A DNA stretch of 41,345 nt from Octopus bimaculoides (Eukaryota), in assembly GCF_001194135.2 (NCBI RefSeq), contig NC_068994.1, forward strand, positions 51,544,176-51,585,520, in the 5' to 3' direction. Under the pieces are notes generated by a model. That model ran no database searches. It saw only the letters and a list, made by a program, of their open reading frames with translations, and was not told the origin of the DNA. Of this stretch, positions 24,056 through 36,258 are shown piece after piece (position 1 is the first letter of the stretch; each line of letters opens with the position of its first letter). A program made the position numbers and the translations under genes.

Positions 24056-25186
24056 CTGAAAAATCATGACAGCTTTTTTAAATTTTTGATGCGGAAACCA
24101 ATGTTATTGGAAATTCGACACATTAATATAATCACCATGGCCACAATCAGACTGATCAATTGATTGATTGAGTGACTGACTGACAGTGTAAGTGACTGAT
24201 CAAGTAATTCATTGATTTAGGTGGCTAAGTAAGGAAAAATAGTTATAGACATTGCTTAACAACAGGTCATCCTTGATTTAGCAGCTTTACGATCAAAAAT
24301 ATTCCAGTCAATAAACCCTCTTTAGAGATATCATCAACATCATTATCATCACCATTATTTAATGTCCATTTTCCATGTTGACAGGAACTGGCAAACCAAA
24401 ATACGGTGCCAGGCTCTAACGTCTGCTTTGGCATGGTTCCTACAGCCAGATGCCCTTCCTAACGTCAATCATTTTGTAGAATGCACTGGACGCTTTTTAC
24501 ATGTCACCAGCACCAGTGAGGTTACTAAGTAACTTGGAGGACAAAGATCCCTCAACTGAATGGAGAAAGTATCTGGGGCTACTTATTCAGACCACTTGAT
24601 ACTAACCCTCCTGGACCCAGCTAGAGTACAGAGCAGTTGTTTTAAAGTGAGCTAAATCAAAATCTTCCATCAAAATTGCCTGTTAATTTAGGTTCCAAAT
24701 ACCTTAAAATAACAAAATCATTTTGATTAATTCTTCACTATTCTCAAAATTATTTGAAAGAAAGGCAATGTGTTTCAACAGAAATATGACAACAAAACGG
24801 TTAAGACAGCAGGGTGTGATGAGAGGGAGATTTGGCTGCTATTTCAGCAGGTCAACACCACAACATAGACACATAGCAGATCACTAGTTGGTTCATGAGG
24901 TAAGTAGTTACTTGAATGGCTTTACAAATAGGCAGATAAGCGGATGGTTGGATGGACAAATGGAGAGATGGATGAACAGACTAATGGTTGAGCATCACAT
25001 CCTATCTGAAAGTGTTCACAAGCATCTACTATCATTCAAAATGTCTGCAACCTTGACACAAACCTAAAAGGAGAATATACTACAAATCGTTACACAACAT
25101 CAATACTAGTAGACTTCCTGTAAAGATAAGAACAGCAACAGCTAGCATCACCAGATGGATATCATGGTTAACATCAGTGTGATAAC

Positions 25187-25250
<64 letters not shown>

Positions 25251-25439
25251 AAAGCAATAATAAAAAGTTCTTATTATTATTGGTGTGGTTGTTATTGATA
25301 AGCACATTAGGATTTAGCACTTTTGATACTGCAAACGAATGAGGCACCTCTTTATGAGCATGTGTGGCTATGTTCAAATACACCATTATATTTATACATA
25401 TATATAGATATATATAAATATACATATTTATACATATAC

Positions 25440-25699
25440 ATATATAAATATACATAAATATACATTCATATTTATACATATACATACATATTTATACATA
25501 TAGATATATAAATAAATACATATTTATACATACATATATATATAAATACATATTTATACATACATATATATATAAATACATATTTATACATACATATATA
25601 TATAAATACATATTTATACATACATATATATATAAATACATATTTATACATACATATATATATACATACATATTTATACATACACATATATATATATAT

Positions 25700-25700
<1 letters not shown>
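25440..25700. repeat. 30-bp AT-rich minisatellite (TACATATATATATAAATACATATTTATACA), about 5 near-perfect copies
   Basis: Exact 30-nt periodicity over ~25520-25680; produces the spurious [10 protein letters not shown] repeat ORF. Confidence 0.9.
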
Positions 25701-25741
<41 letters not shown>

Positions 25742-26648
25742 ACATACATATATATACATATATAAATACATATACATACATATACATAAATATACATATA
25801 TACATACATTATATATATATATATATACATATGTATACACATTCATACATACATACATATACACATACATACATATACATACACATATGCACAGACACAT
25901 GTATGTATAAAAACACACACATACATGTGCACACACACACACATGTACACACACAAGTTGAAGGGTAAGTAAAGTATTGAAAGTTTGATCTCAATGTTTA
26001 TACCAACAAGTTGAACTATATTTCTGGAACTTTCTTGTATCCATGGCAACCGGTAGTCAGGTAGGTAGGGAAGCTGTCAATAAACTCACAACACCAATTG
26101 CAGACCATCCTCATTCCCCAAATATTCGGAGCAGCCATGCAAAAAGACGGTGATGGTTAGAAGAATCAACAGAGCATTGAATAGAATGAATTGCGGATTT
26201 CACTTAGATCCCTTCATGTTCCAGGTTCAAACGCTGCCCAAGCTGAGCTTTCTTTCTAGCCCTTTGATAAAAGAAAAAGTAATCTATAAATAGAAATGTC
26301 AATACAATCAACTACACCTTTGAAGCCAGTGCCCCAGCATGGCCACAGTCCAATGACTGACAGAGATAAAGATACAAGAGATAACTAATTACAGCCAAAC
26401 ACTTTTATATCATATCCTTTACTCGTTTCATTCATCAGACTGTGGTCATGCTGGAGCACTGCTAAAGACTTTACTCAAATGAATCAACCCCCTGGTACTT
26501 ATTATTTTTTTTAAAGCCTAGTACTTACTCTATCAATCTCTTTCATTGAATCGCTAAGTGATTGGGATGTAAACACACCAACACTGGTTGTCAGGCAGTG
26601 GGGGGGGGGCAACAAAGACAACACACACACACACATAAATATATACAT

Positions 26649-26679
<31 letters not shown>

Positions 26680-27447
26680 NNNNNNNNNNNNNNNNNNNNN
26701 NNNNNNNNNNNNNNNNNNNNNNNNNNNNNNNNNNNNNNNNNNNNNNNNNNNNNNNNNNNNNNNNNNNNNNNNNNNNNNNNNNNNNNNNNNNNNNNNNNNN
26801 NNNNNNNNNNNNNNNNNNNNNNNNNNNNNNNNNNNNNNNNNNNNNNNNNNNNNNNNNNNNNNNNNNNNNNNNNNNNNNNNNNNNNNNNNNNNNNNNNNNN
26901 NNNNNNNNNNNNNNNNNNNNNNNNNNNNNNNNNNNNNNNNNNNNNNNNNNNNNNNNNNNNNNNNNNNNNNNNNNNNNNNNNNNNNNNNNNNNNNNNNNNN
27001 NNNNNNNNNNNNNNNNNNNNNNNNNNNNNNNNNNNNNNNNNNNNNNNNNNNNNNNNNNNNNNNNNNNNNNNNNNNNNNNNNNNNNNNNNNNNNNNNNNNN
27101 NNNNNNNNNNNNNNNNNNNNNNNNNNNNNNNNNNNNNNNNNNNNNNNNNNNNNNNNNNNNNNNNNNNNNNNNNNNNNNNNNNNNNNNNNNNNNNNNNNNN
27201 NNNNNNNNNNNNNNNNNNNNNNNNNNNNNNNNNNNNNNNNNNNNNNNNNNNNNNNNNNNNNNNNNNNNNNNNNNNNNNNNNNNNNNNNNNNNNNNNNNNN
27301 NNNNNNNNNNNNNNNNNNNNNNNNNNNNNNNNNNNNNNNNNNNNNNNNNNNNNNNNNNNNNNNNNNNNNNNNNNNNNNNNNNNNNNNNNNNNNNNNNNNN
27401 NNNNNNNNNNNNNNNNNNNNNNNNNNNNNNNNNNNACATATGTGCAT

Positions 27448-27486
<39 letters not shown>

Positions 27487-27935
27487 CATACATACACACT
27501 CATACACGCACACACACACACACACACAAAAACATATCCTATATGTGTGTGTCATTAAACCTTTAGCATTCAGCTTACTTTGTGAAATGTAAAACGTTTC
27601 TGTATTCATATTGTTTTGGATTAATCATGCATTATCCTGTAACTTCAAGATTTCAATGATTCAATTGTCTTACTCGTAGGGTTAGTGTGAAAGGCTGGAT
27701 CTGGCAAGTCTAACCATAAAACAGACAGAGAATATTTGGGTCAGGTAAGGCCAATTTAAACACCAGAGGCTTAAGAGGCTTGTTTCCCAAAACTGTGTGG
27801 TTTTGGATTCAGTCCCACTGCATGGCACTTGCCAAGTGCCTGCCACTAAAGCCCTGGGCCAACCAAAGACCTGTGAGAGGATTTAATACATTAAAGGTAT
27901 GCATGTGAGTGTGGAATGTTCAGCTTTGTACATAC

Positions 27936-28056
27936 CAGATGCAGATTCAATGAGCAAATTATTCACATCATTGGGCAGCTGGATCTTCATTAAAACCAAT
28001 GGAAAACCATTTACAACATTATATATATATCCTTGGATATCCTTGTTGCTCATTTT

Positions 28057-28058
<2 letters not shown>
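27936..28058 (-). CDS. Candidate 123-nt coding exon (KMSNKDIQGYIYNVVNGFPLVLMKIQLPNDVNNLLIESAS-G, phase 1-1, or first coding exon from AAAATG)
   Basis: (TA)n-ag| acceptor, CTG|GTATGT donor, 41-codon stop-free length, ordinary globular-protein composition. No homology recognised. Confidence 0.4.
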
Positions 28059-28122
<64 letters not shown>

Positions 28123-29051
28123 CTTGGACATGGCAATACTAATAACAGGCATACATACATATGTATGTATGTATGTATGTTTTATGTACATGCATGTGTG
28201 TTTGCATGTACATACACACACACACACACATAAACATATATGGTAATCTCAGGTTTTGCTGCTAAGTAGAAGTGTTAATCTAGGCGAAAGCTGAAATTCA
28301 AATTCTAAATAATCATCACAGCCATTTCCCAAGTCATGGAGAGGTTTTATGGATATACCACAGGATTCTGATTTCAGAAAATTGAAATTGGACAGCTAAA
28401 TGTATGAGCGTACATGTACACACACACACACACACATATGTATACACACAGACACACATGTAGATATATATTATACACATCAATAAGAGTCTTGGTATAT
28501 CATTATACCATGATGAATATTTTGCATCGGGGGGGGGGAGTGGCAGGGGCTAGTGTTGATCATCTGGACAGACCGTGGTGGAATGCCTTCAGGCAAGCGG
28601 CCACATAACAGATATTTATTACCAATATTGTAATGGCTTTTTGGTAAATGCTCCTCTTAATGTATCTAGTAGTGACAGCCTGTGCATATATGGCATGTAT
28701 AGTAGAGGATTCTGCAGCTCCACATAAACAAGAGATTGCCAATAAGACAAGAGACGGTTGGAGGGAGAGAACGGGGAGAGGGTAGAGTAGGGAGAGTGAA
28801 GAGGAGGAAGAGAAGAGAAAAACAGAGAAAAATACAAGGGAGAGAGAGAGGGGGATAAACTAAGTCTAAGCAAAACCTAATTATTCAGTCAGGCATACTA
28901 AAGTAACTAGAATTGTGTGCCTTACCCAGGGGGTGTATACAATACTGTGATTGTAGTCATGGTAGGATGTGAAATTGTGACAATATGTGGTACAGCAGTA
29001 TAGTAACATTGCATCATTTTCTCTTATGTTATCATTATCATTGTTGTTGTT

Positions 29052-29467
29052 AAGGCAATGAGCTGACAGAATCGTTAGCACGCCGGGCGAAATGCTTAGT
29101 GGTAATTCGTCTGTCTTTACGTTCTGAGTTCAAATTCTGCCGAGGTCAATTTTGTCTTTTATCCTTCCGGCGTCAAAGTTCCCCTCCCGCCAAAATTCCA
29201 GGCCTTGTGCTTTTAGTAGAAAGGATTATTGTTGTAGTTGTTGTTGTTGTTGTTAAGGTGGTGAGCCGGCAGAATCTTCAGCATGCTGAGCAAAATGCTT
29301 AGCAGAACTTCATTTATTTTCATGTTCTGAGTTCAAATCCCAGTGAGGTCGTCTTTGCTTTTCATCCTTTTAGGGTTGATAAAATAAGTACCAGTGGGCA
29401 TGGGGGTTGATGTAACTGACTAACCACTTCCCCAAAAATTTCAGGCCTTGTGCCTTTAATAGAAAGG

Positions 29468-29508
<41 letters not shown>

Positions 29509-29733
29509 GGCGGTGCGCTGGCAGAATCGTTAGCATGCCAGGCGAAATACCTTGTGGTATTTTGTCTGCTGCTACGTTCTGAGTTCAAGTTCTGCCAAGG
29601 TCAACTTTGCTTTTCATCCTTTCGGGGTAGATGAAATAAGTACCTGTTATACACTGGGGTTGATATAATCAACTAGCTCCCTTACCCCCAAAATTTTCAC
29701 AGCCTTGTGCCTTGAGTAGAAATAATAATAATA

Positions 29734-29765
<32 letters not shown>

Positions 29766-31360
29766 GGTGGTGAGCTAACAGAATCATTAGCACACCAAGG
29801 CAAAATGCTTAGCAGCATTTTGACTGTTTTTAAGTTCTGGGTTCAAATTCTATCGAGGTCAACTTTGCCTTTCATCCTTTCTGGGTCAATAAAATAAATA
29901 CCAACTGAGTATTGGTGTAAATGTAATCGACGTAACCCCCTTCCCCAAAGTTGCTGGCCTTGTGCCAAAATCTGAAATCCTTATTATTATTTTTATTATT
30001 ATTATTATTATGAATGGTTCATGGGTGGTGGAGCAGCAATAAAAAGCAGAAGGGTGGAGAAGGTGGGGGAGGAGAATAGGGCCAAGTAGGTAGAAGAAGT
30101 GATTTGCAGCAGTTATTTAGATATATCTATGTTCTGAGTTCAAAAGGTGCCAAGGTCGTGTCTGCTTTCATCCTTCCGGGTTCGATAAAACACGCAAGAG
30201 TCAAGAACAGGAGTTGATTCAATCAACTCGAAGCTTTCCTTAGAATTTGTGGCAGCAAGCCAAGTCAGAAACCACCACAACCATTATTATTATTATTACT
30301 ATTATTACTACTACTATTACTGCTACAAAAGCAGTGAGCAGGCAGAATCATTAGCAAGCCAGACAAAATGTTAAACTGCATTTTGTCTGCCGCTAGGTAC
30401 TGAGTTCAATTGCCGCCAAGGTCTACTTTGCCTTTCATCCTTTCAGGGTCGATAAATTAAGTACCAATGAAACACTGGGGTTGATGTAATCGACTAGTCC
30501 CCTCCCACTAAATTTCAGGCCCTTGTCCCTTCAGTAGAAAGGATTGTTATTATTATTATTATTATTATTATTCAGTAGTTTTATTTTTATAACGTGCTTT
30601 CACTTCACTACCGAGCGCAGCTCTGTGCGCCTTGGGTATGTGCTGTGGTTTGCTGTGGTGCTCTTATGGTTACTGTATTGAAAGTGTTTTGCGTAGAATG
30701 TGTGCAGTACCCAGTAGTGCAATTTTCTGTATGTTATATATATTTGTAAGTCCTGGTGTTTTTGTTATGTATTTGTCTGAATATTTTTTTATTATACCTA
30801 AGGCACCTACTATGATAGGAATTGTTTCTGTTTTTTTATTATTATTATTATTATTAAAGCAATGAGCTAGCAGAACCGTTAGCACGCCGGGCGGAGTGCT
30901 TAGCGGTATTTCGTCTGCCGCTGCGTTCTGAGTTCAAGTTCCGCCGTGGTCGACTTTACCTGTCATCCTTTCAGGGTTGATAAATTAAGTACAGTACCAG
31001 TCAAACACTGGGGGTCGATGTAATCAACTTAATCCTCTCCCACAAGCTACCCTTGTGGCAAAAAAAAAAATTGGAAATCATTAGTATTATTATTGTCATT
31101 ATTATTATTAAGGCAGCGAGCTGGCAGAATCGTTAGCACGCTAGGCAAAATGGTTAATTAGTATCTCTTCCAGCTTTATGTTCTCGGTTCAAATTCCGCC
31201 GAGGTCGACTTTGCCTTCCACCCTTTGGAAGTACCAAAATAAGTAACAGTTGAGTATTGGAGTTGATGTAATCGACTGACCCCCACCCCCCGATACACAC
31301 ACACACACACACACACACACATCCACCAAAATTTTAGACCTGTCTACATTAGAAAGAATT
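29052..31360 (+). mobile_element. Head-to-tail array of about 8 family A SINE copies separated by (ATT)n/(GTT)n linkers
   Basis: Copies begin ~29052, 29255, 29506, 29763, ~30110 (degenerate), 30330, 30855, 31108; all in the same orientation and mutually diverged. Confidence 0.9.
30573..30837 (-). mobile_element. 5'-truncated non-LTR retrotransposon with restriction-like endonuclease C-terminus (HERO/R4/NeSL-like) plus 3' UTR
   Basis: Minus frame KKTETIPIIVGALGIIKKYSDKYITKTPGLTNIYNIQKIALLGTAHILRKTLSIQ* (stop at 30670-30672) matches the PI.VGALG...QK..LLGTA.ILR motif of REL-type ORFs; flanked by (AAT)n on both sides. Confidence 0.85.
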
Positions 31361-31499
31361 ATTCACGTTAGATCACCAAATCCTTTTGAAAAGGCATGGA
31401 TGTCACAACTCATCTTCCTTCACTTAAGAATCCCTAACTTATATATTTTTTTATAACTTTCTTATAACTATTTTTATTGTTTTTATAACTGAATCCTGC

Positions 31500-32270
31500 A
31501 ATGAACTATCAGGGCACTATAACAGCAACAACAATCACCACCACTAAAACTACAACCAATACAAAGCATCACAATATCACTACTGCCACCACCACCACTA
31601 ATATCACTAGCACCTTTACTACTGTTACTAACAACATTATCACCACCATCACTACTATTACTACTACCACCAATACTACAACAACCCAAATCACCACTAA
31701 TATTAATATTAATATTACTACCGCCACTATTAATTACTATAGTCACAACCACTACCATTACCACTACTACAACAACCCAAATCACCACTAATATTAATAT
31801 TAATACTACTACCGCCACTATTAATTACTATAGTCACAACCACTACCATTACCACTACTACAATCACCACTGTTATTACTATCACCACCACCAATACCAA
31901 ATACTATCAATACCACCACCACCACTAATATCACTACCACTACCATCAGCAATACACTCAAGTACCACTACTATTGCTACCACCAATACTAACGTCACTA
32001 CCACTGTCATCACAACCTATACCACTACCATTGGTATAGTGACAACCTTCACTATTTTTATTAACACCACCACTACCGCTATCACCTCTACTACAACAGT
32101 CACAAGTAATACTACAACTACAACTACTAGCACCACCACCACCACCACCACCACCACCACCAGTACTACCACTATGACTATTATTACCGCTGTCATCATC
32201 ATTGCTGTGAATATTGTCACTACCACCGTCGCCACTATCACTACAGCTAACACCACCATTATAGCTATAA
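31500..32270. repeat. Cryptic trinucleotide (ACC/ACT/ATC) low-complexity tract containing a 91-bp tandem duplication (31681-31771 / 31772-31862)
   Basis: Seen directly; similar low-complexity tracts at ~2085-2200, ~8245-8440, ~12390-12540 and ~16360-16495. Confidence 0.9.
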
Positions 32271-34144
32271 GCCGCCCTTTGACTGGTTCTGAGATTACTA
32301 CCATCTTTTTTTTTTGTTTTGTTTTTGTTTGATTTTTTTTTTCTTTTAAATCTTACTCTCTCGATGTAGCAACATACTTGAGAAGTATGCTTTATCAGTG
32401 ACATTTTCTTGACTCATCTCCAAAGCAATATGGTAATAACAACAACAACAACAACAACCAAAGGAAAGCAAATACTTCCCCCACCCACGTCACCAATATC
32501 AGCAACAGTAACAGAAATACCAATACCCTCACTCACAGGCACACAGTCACTCGACCTGCAAGAAAGAGCAGTCTAATCAAACACGAACTTAAATCGTTAC
32601 TGTCTCGGAAAAGGGTGTACTGGATTATGTAGTTTAAATGGGGAGAGAAAAGAAGAGGGACTGGTCATGGCTGGAAGGCTTTTGATTAAACGTTTGATTG
32701 GTCAGTGCCAACCTTGGTCTTAATGACAACAACAACCGCAATCCTAAATTACCAATGCCATCAACCACAACAAGATGATTATTATTATTGTTGACGTCAT
32801 CATTGCTGTGAATATTGTCACTACCACCACCGCCACTATCACTACTAAAAATTTAAGGTGGTGCCCCAGCAAGGCCACAGTCTAATGAGTGAAACAAGTA
32901 AAAGATTGACTTGATCAGGGCTGAACAGGCATTAAGAAACAACCAGTAACAACCGAACCAAGAAAGGAATTTTTATGTGGTATGTCAACCCGGGGTTATA
33001 AGTAGGAGACACTCGCCCCAGAATGCCACAGAGTGGAATGAAATCTGAAACCACAGAGATGTGGCCATGAAGTGAGCTTCTAAACTATGTAATCATGTCT
33101 GTACCAGTTTGGGAATATATGTTGGCTTGATGAGGGCTGAGTTAGCACTTAACAACAACCACTAACAATCAGACTAACAAAGGGGTCTCTACATGATAGG
33201 TTAACCTGCTAGAAATAGAAGCCAAATCTCCCTCCTCAACTCACTTCATCATCATCATTATTATCTGCATTAACTGTCTGTTTTACATGCTGGCATGTGT
33301 TGGACAGTTTGACAGGAGCTGGCAAACCTGAGAGCTGCACCAGGCCCCAGTTGTCTGTTTTGGTAAGGTCTCTATGGCTGTATGCTCTTCTTAATGTCAA
33401 CCACTTTACCGAGTGTACTGGGTGCTTTCCACATGGCAACAGCACTGGTGCTTTTTATGTGGCAGCAGTACTTCCTACTATTTAAAAAACAAAAATATAT
33501 ATTAGATGACGTAGTCAGATATACTCATTGTCTGAACAAAAGATAGAGAATGAAAGAAAGCAAAAAGGCAAGAAAATTGCGGCTGAACTACCACAATTGG
33601 TATCAATTGTTTGTTAACAAACACGACTACAAAGATAATATGAAATAAACAAACAGAAAACGATAACCACACAGAAACATCTGTCATCTTTATTTGATAT
33701 GTTATGTGTTTGTGAAACTGCCAAATGAATGACACATTGCATAGACAAGTTTGGAGGGACGGAGAGAAATACCGGAGCGAGCCAAAGAAGCTGAGAGCAG
33801 TGCAGAGGTTGGGGAAGGGGACCGGCAAGGACGGAGGAGGGTGATGAGAAAGGGTGGTGAGAAAAAAATAGAAAGGAAGCAAACAGTTTCAGTTTCAATG
33901 AAATTAAACATTCATAAACACCACTTAGACATGTAAATATAAACAACCGGCCTAGCTTGCACACATGCCTGTTTCAGTGTTTGTACCAAGCATCCAAAAC
34001 AACATAGCACTTCCACTGCTGCTCAGGCTTGTAACAAGTTTCACATATTTCTGCTTGTGCCTTTGGGCAGTGAGGGAACATAGCTTAGTGGTTGGGGTGT
34101 TCTGACTCATGGATCATACGATCGTTGCTTCCTTAAATGACACA

Positions 34145-34295
34145 CTCTGTGTCACGCTGAATCTCCCCGAGAACTATGTTAAGGGTACACGTGTCTGTGG
34201 AGTGCTCAGCCACTTGCACGGTAATTTCACGAGCAGGCTGTTCTGTTGATCGGATCAACTAGAACCCTCATCATCGTAACTGACGGAGTTCCACG
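34145..34295 (-). mobile_element. Repeat family E, 5' portion
   Basis: Reverse complement of ~11210-11360. Confidence 0.8.
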
Positions 34296-34811
34296 ATTTA
34301 TATAAATATATATATATGTATTAAATCAAAACAACAAAGAGCAAACAAAAGAAAAAATTTGTTATAATATTGCTAGTTCACCACTGGCTGTAACTAAATA
34401 CTTACTTTACGCTCTCAGGAATTTTTTCAATGCCCCACCACCTGGGTCATACATTATGTATTTCACTTGGGTAACGATTGTAATCACCTATACAACAAAA
34501 TTGGTGCAACAAGCCATGCTTGACACAATATTGCTGACCCTTCCTTGTTTAGGGAGAAATATAAGCCAGCTTGTAGTCGAACGAGCCTTAATTAGTGACA
34601 TTTTATAAATACTTAGACACTTTGCAACAATGAGCCAAATCACCTCTTTCCAGTATGTCCTATTTTGGTTGAACTACAGGTTGTGTGTGTGTGTGTGTGT
34701 GTATCTATATGTATGTGTATGTATGTGTATATACGTCTATGTATATGTATATATATATATGTGTGTGTGTATATAAATGTGTATGTGTATACTCGCGTGT
34801 ATGTATATGTG

Positions 34812-34850
<39 letters not shown>

Positions 34851-35283
34851 ACGTGCCAAATATCAATTAGAGGAATAATGAAATACAACAGAAATATGAA
34901 TTCACTGCTAATATTTTAATGTAATTGCAAAGCACTATTTTGAGACTGAAAAGAAACAGATCCACAGATAAAAGCCGGCTCAGTGACAGCATCACAGATT
35001 GTACCAAAGGAATGTATGCCTTTCTATCTTCTCAGATTAGTGGCTGCAAATTGTTTCTCAATTTGGAGGATAAGATAATACAGTTAAAAGAACAAAAACA
35101 ATACACAGTATTTAATTTGTGAAAATTAGAACGGTGCATGCTCTGCAGTGGAATTGGTAATGGGGCCATCTGGTAAGCAATAGATATGTGGTTCATGTCG
35201 TTGGTGTTCCCTATCTTTCCCTGTCTAAGACTGGTTGTTATAAAGTCTAATATCTTTTACAGATGAAACATATCTCGACAAAA

Positions 35284-35370
35284 GGTGCAGGCACGGCTGT
35301 GTGGTAAGAAGCTTGCTTCCCAACAACATGGTTCATAAGCAAGCTACTTACCACACAGCCACTCCTACGC
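35284..35370. repeat. Inverted repeat formed from two family B SINE heads (24-bp stem, 18-nt loop)
   Basis: 35295-35318 GGCTGTGTGGTAAGAAGCTTGCTT pairs with 35337-35360 AAGCAAGCTACTTACCACACAGCC with one mismatch. Confidence 0.9.
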
Positions 35371-35943
35371 ATATGAACGAGCCTTTTGTTTACAGAGATC
35401 ACGCAACATGTCATGACATGACAAGAAGCCTAGACATACTCTTGCAGTGGACAGCAAGCAAATGACACCATTAGCAAAGCTGTTGTTTATAAACAGTCAG
35501 TGAACGCATGGGTAAAAGCAGGAAATACAAACTCACTCACATAAACGCACACATATATACTACATGTGACGGGCTTCTTTCAGTTTCTGTCAACCGAATC
35601 CACTTACTGAGCTTTGGTTGGCTCAAAGCCTTGGGTAAAAGACACTTGCAGAAGGTGCCATGCAGTGCGGCCGAACCAGGAACCACGTGGCGAGAAAGCA
35701 AACATGCTCACCATACAGCTATGTCTTCACTTATGACAATTAACATATGTATGCATGTATGTATGTATGTATGTATGAATGTCTTTACGTGTTTAATAAA
35801 TGCATTATTAGCAACATTGTTACATTACTGGACTGTGTCATCTGGTATCTCCAAGGTGTAATTAATATACACTTGTTTTTACATCTTACGTGTGAGCTTC
35901 TGTGTTAGTATATGTGTTTGTGCACAAATGTGTATGTACAAAT

Positions 35944-36024
<81 letters not shown>

Positions 36025-36175
36025 TACATACACATATAATACATGTGTGTTTTGCATTTATGAATATATGCAGGTATGGCTATAGAAACACATGGTGTTA
36101 ATGTCTATGTATATATTCATGCATATGTGTATTTGCATGTGTATCCATACATAAACACACATATAATGATGTTTG

Positions 36176-36258
<83 letters not shown>

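Noticed and set aside
25980-26160. Several protein-like frames on both strands (e.g. LNYISGTFLYPWQPVV; LPYLPDYRLPWIQESSRNIVQLV)
   Set aside because: Competing frames with weak acceptors; no basis to choose one without RNA data.
30573-30837. The REL LINE as the mobilising partner of family A SINEs
   Set aside because: No shared 3'-end sequence, and its sense tail is (AAT)n whereas the SINE sense tail is (ATT)n.
29052-31360. CRISPR-like or satellite interpretation of the repeat/linker array
   Set aside because: Units are ~200-bp diverged SINEs with microsatellite linkers in a eukaryotic genome; there are no identical short repeats with unique spacers and no cas genes.
31483-32404. Thr-rich or Gly/Ser-rich ORFs suggesting a mucin or structural protein
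   Set aside because: Frames are interrupted by stops, the internal duplication is 91 bp (frame-shifting), and there are no convincing splice boundaries.
34925-35175. Short plus-strand exon-like segments (DPQIKAGSVTASQIVPKE; ELVMGPS), and a similar case at 38824-38890
   Set aside because: Several alternative frames and splice sites with no recognisable homology; expected by chance in AT-rich DNA.
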